A stretch of DNA of 353 nucleotides from the NCBI RefSeq assembly GCF_003334815.1, contig NZ_QOWO01000135.1; one strand, written 5' to 3'. Positions 1 through 353 of this stretch are shown here, piece after piece; the first letter of the stretch is position 1; each line of letters begins with the position of its first letter. Origin of the DNA: Escherichia coli. Lineage in GTDB: Bacteria; Pseudomonadota; Gammaproteobacteria; Enterobacterales; Enterobacteriaceae. The position numbers and the translations under genes are program-made. The notes beneath the pieces are model-generated. The model was not told the origin of the DNA, searched no databases, and worked only from the letters and a program-made list of their open reading frames with translations.

Positions 1-353
1 CCAGCCACAGAAATCACAGCCCTGTTCGGCATACCAGTGCTCCAGCGTGCAGCTGAAACGGCGGCTTAATTCTGCAACAACGTCGCTTTCCGGCTGACAC
101 CACGGCGTGTCGAAATCCACCTGAATGAAGTTTTCCCCCTGACTGCTGATATTCAGGTCATACCCACAAGGCCACTTCACGCCATACTGTTCCGTATACC
201 AGTGATATGCAGAAGGAACACCGTTCAGAACACCACCGTTGAAGCCATTCACTTCAACATCCAGGCGGGTCGGCAGAACCGTCAGCAGGTCAAACGGCAT
301 GGTTTTTTCCGGCAGTACGTTGTCACACAGACGGTTCCACCACACCGATACAT
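1..353 (-). CDS. Internal fragment of a protein-coding gene (partial at both ends); hypothetical Trp/Cys-rich protein of unknown function
   Basis: Reverse-complement frame with codons at + strand 351..1 is open for all 117 codons (bases 352-353 belong to a partial codon). Translation: VSVWWNRLCDNVLPEKTMPFDLLTVLPTRLDVEVNGFNGGVLNGVPSAYHWYTEQYGVKWPCGYDLNISSQGENFIQVDFDTPWCQPESDVVAELSRRFSCTLEHWYAEQGCDFCGW. Codon usage is typical of Enterobacteriaceae (CTG, CCG, GGT, AAC, CAG, GAA). The only other long open frame (+ strand, 70-353) has no ATG and is rich in rare codons, consistent with an antisense shadow. No in-frame stop, so the true start and stop lie outside the window. Confidence 0.8.
22..39 (-). 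repeat. Intragenic direct repeat, copy 2 (encodes EHWYAEQ on the minus strand)
   Basis: Partner of the 187-204 repeat: same frame, 16 of 18 nt identical, both encode H-W-Y-[T/A]-E-Q. Confidence 0.6.
187..204 (-). repeat. Intragenic direct repeat, copy 1 (encodes YHWYTEQ on the minus strand)
   Basis: + strand 187-204 ctgttccgtataccagtg matches 22-39 ctgttcggcataccagtg at 16 of 18 positions; the copies are exactly 165 nt (55 codons) apart and in the same reading frame. Confidence 0.6.

Noticed and set aside
131-139. Homopolymer runs T4C5 (131-139) and T6 (303-308), i.e. G5A4 and A6 on the coding strand, as possible slippage or programmed frameshift sites.
   Set aside because: Neither forms a canonical X XXY YYZ slippery heptamer in the coding frame, and the alternative frames terminate quickly or lack coding character. 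Runs of 5-6 nt are common by chance and give weak phase-variation potential.
119-158. 8-bp perfect inverted repeat acctgaat (119-126) and attcaggt (151-158) with a 24-nt spacer.
   Set aside because: The stem is short, the loop is long, there is no flanking T-tract, and it lies mid-CDS. It is not a credible intrinsic terminator or operator and is likely a chance palindrome from codon sequence (YDLNI and FIQVD coding segments).
217-240. Short direct repeat aacaccgtt / aacaccaccgtt (217-225 and 229-240), encoding N-G-(G)-V twice on the minus strand.
   Set aside because: Too short and intragenic to be a regulatory or mobile-element repeat; it is most simply a local low-complexity Gly/Asn/Val stretch.
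70-353. Plus-strand frame 1 is open with no stop from 70 to the window end (94 codons), following a TAA at 67-69.
   Set aside because: It has no ATG, only an internal GTG at 202-204, and is dense in rare codons (ATA four times, AGG, AGA, CGA). This is the typical antisense shadow of the well-formed minus-strand frame, not an independent gene.
282-353. Alternative minus-strand frame beginning with ATG at the window edge (353-351) and ending at TGA (284-282), encoding MYRCGGTVCVTTYCRKKPCRLTC with Cys spaced every 5 residues.
   Set aside because: It lies entirely inside the strongly supported main frame, uses less favoured codons (CGG, GGA, ACA, CCA, TTG), and its ATG coinciding with the window edge is arbitrary. 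The periodic Cys is most likely a by-product of TGT/TGC triplets out of frame. It cannot be excluded as an overlapping gene, but there is no positive evidence.

Overview
The whole 353-bp window reads as one uninterrupted open reading frame on the minus strand (117 sense codons, no stop), so it is an internal fragment of a larger protein-coding gene truncated at both window edges. Codon choice on the minus strand (CTG, CCG, GGT, AAC, GAA, CAG, TGG) and about 53% GC by hand count fit an enterobacterial-type coding sequence, whereas the open antisense frame is full of rare codons (ATA, AGG, AGA, CGA). The encoded fragment is VSVWWNRLCDNVLPEKTMPFDLLTVLPTRLDVEVNGFNGGVLNGVPSAYHWYTEQYGVKWPCGYDLNISSQGENFIQVDFDTPWCQPESDVVAELSRRFSCTLEHWYAEQGCDFCGW. 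It is Trp- and Cys-rich and carries an internally duplicated HWY[T/A]EQ motif 55 codons apart. I do not recognise the protein family with confidence, and no promoter, terminator, RNA gene, CRISPR repeat or mobile-element end is visible. A 353-bp internal gene fragment cannot support a claim of a novel multi-gene system; the findings are limited to what the sequence shows.
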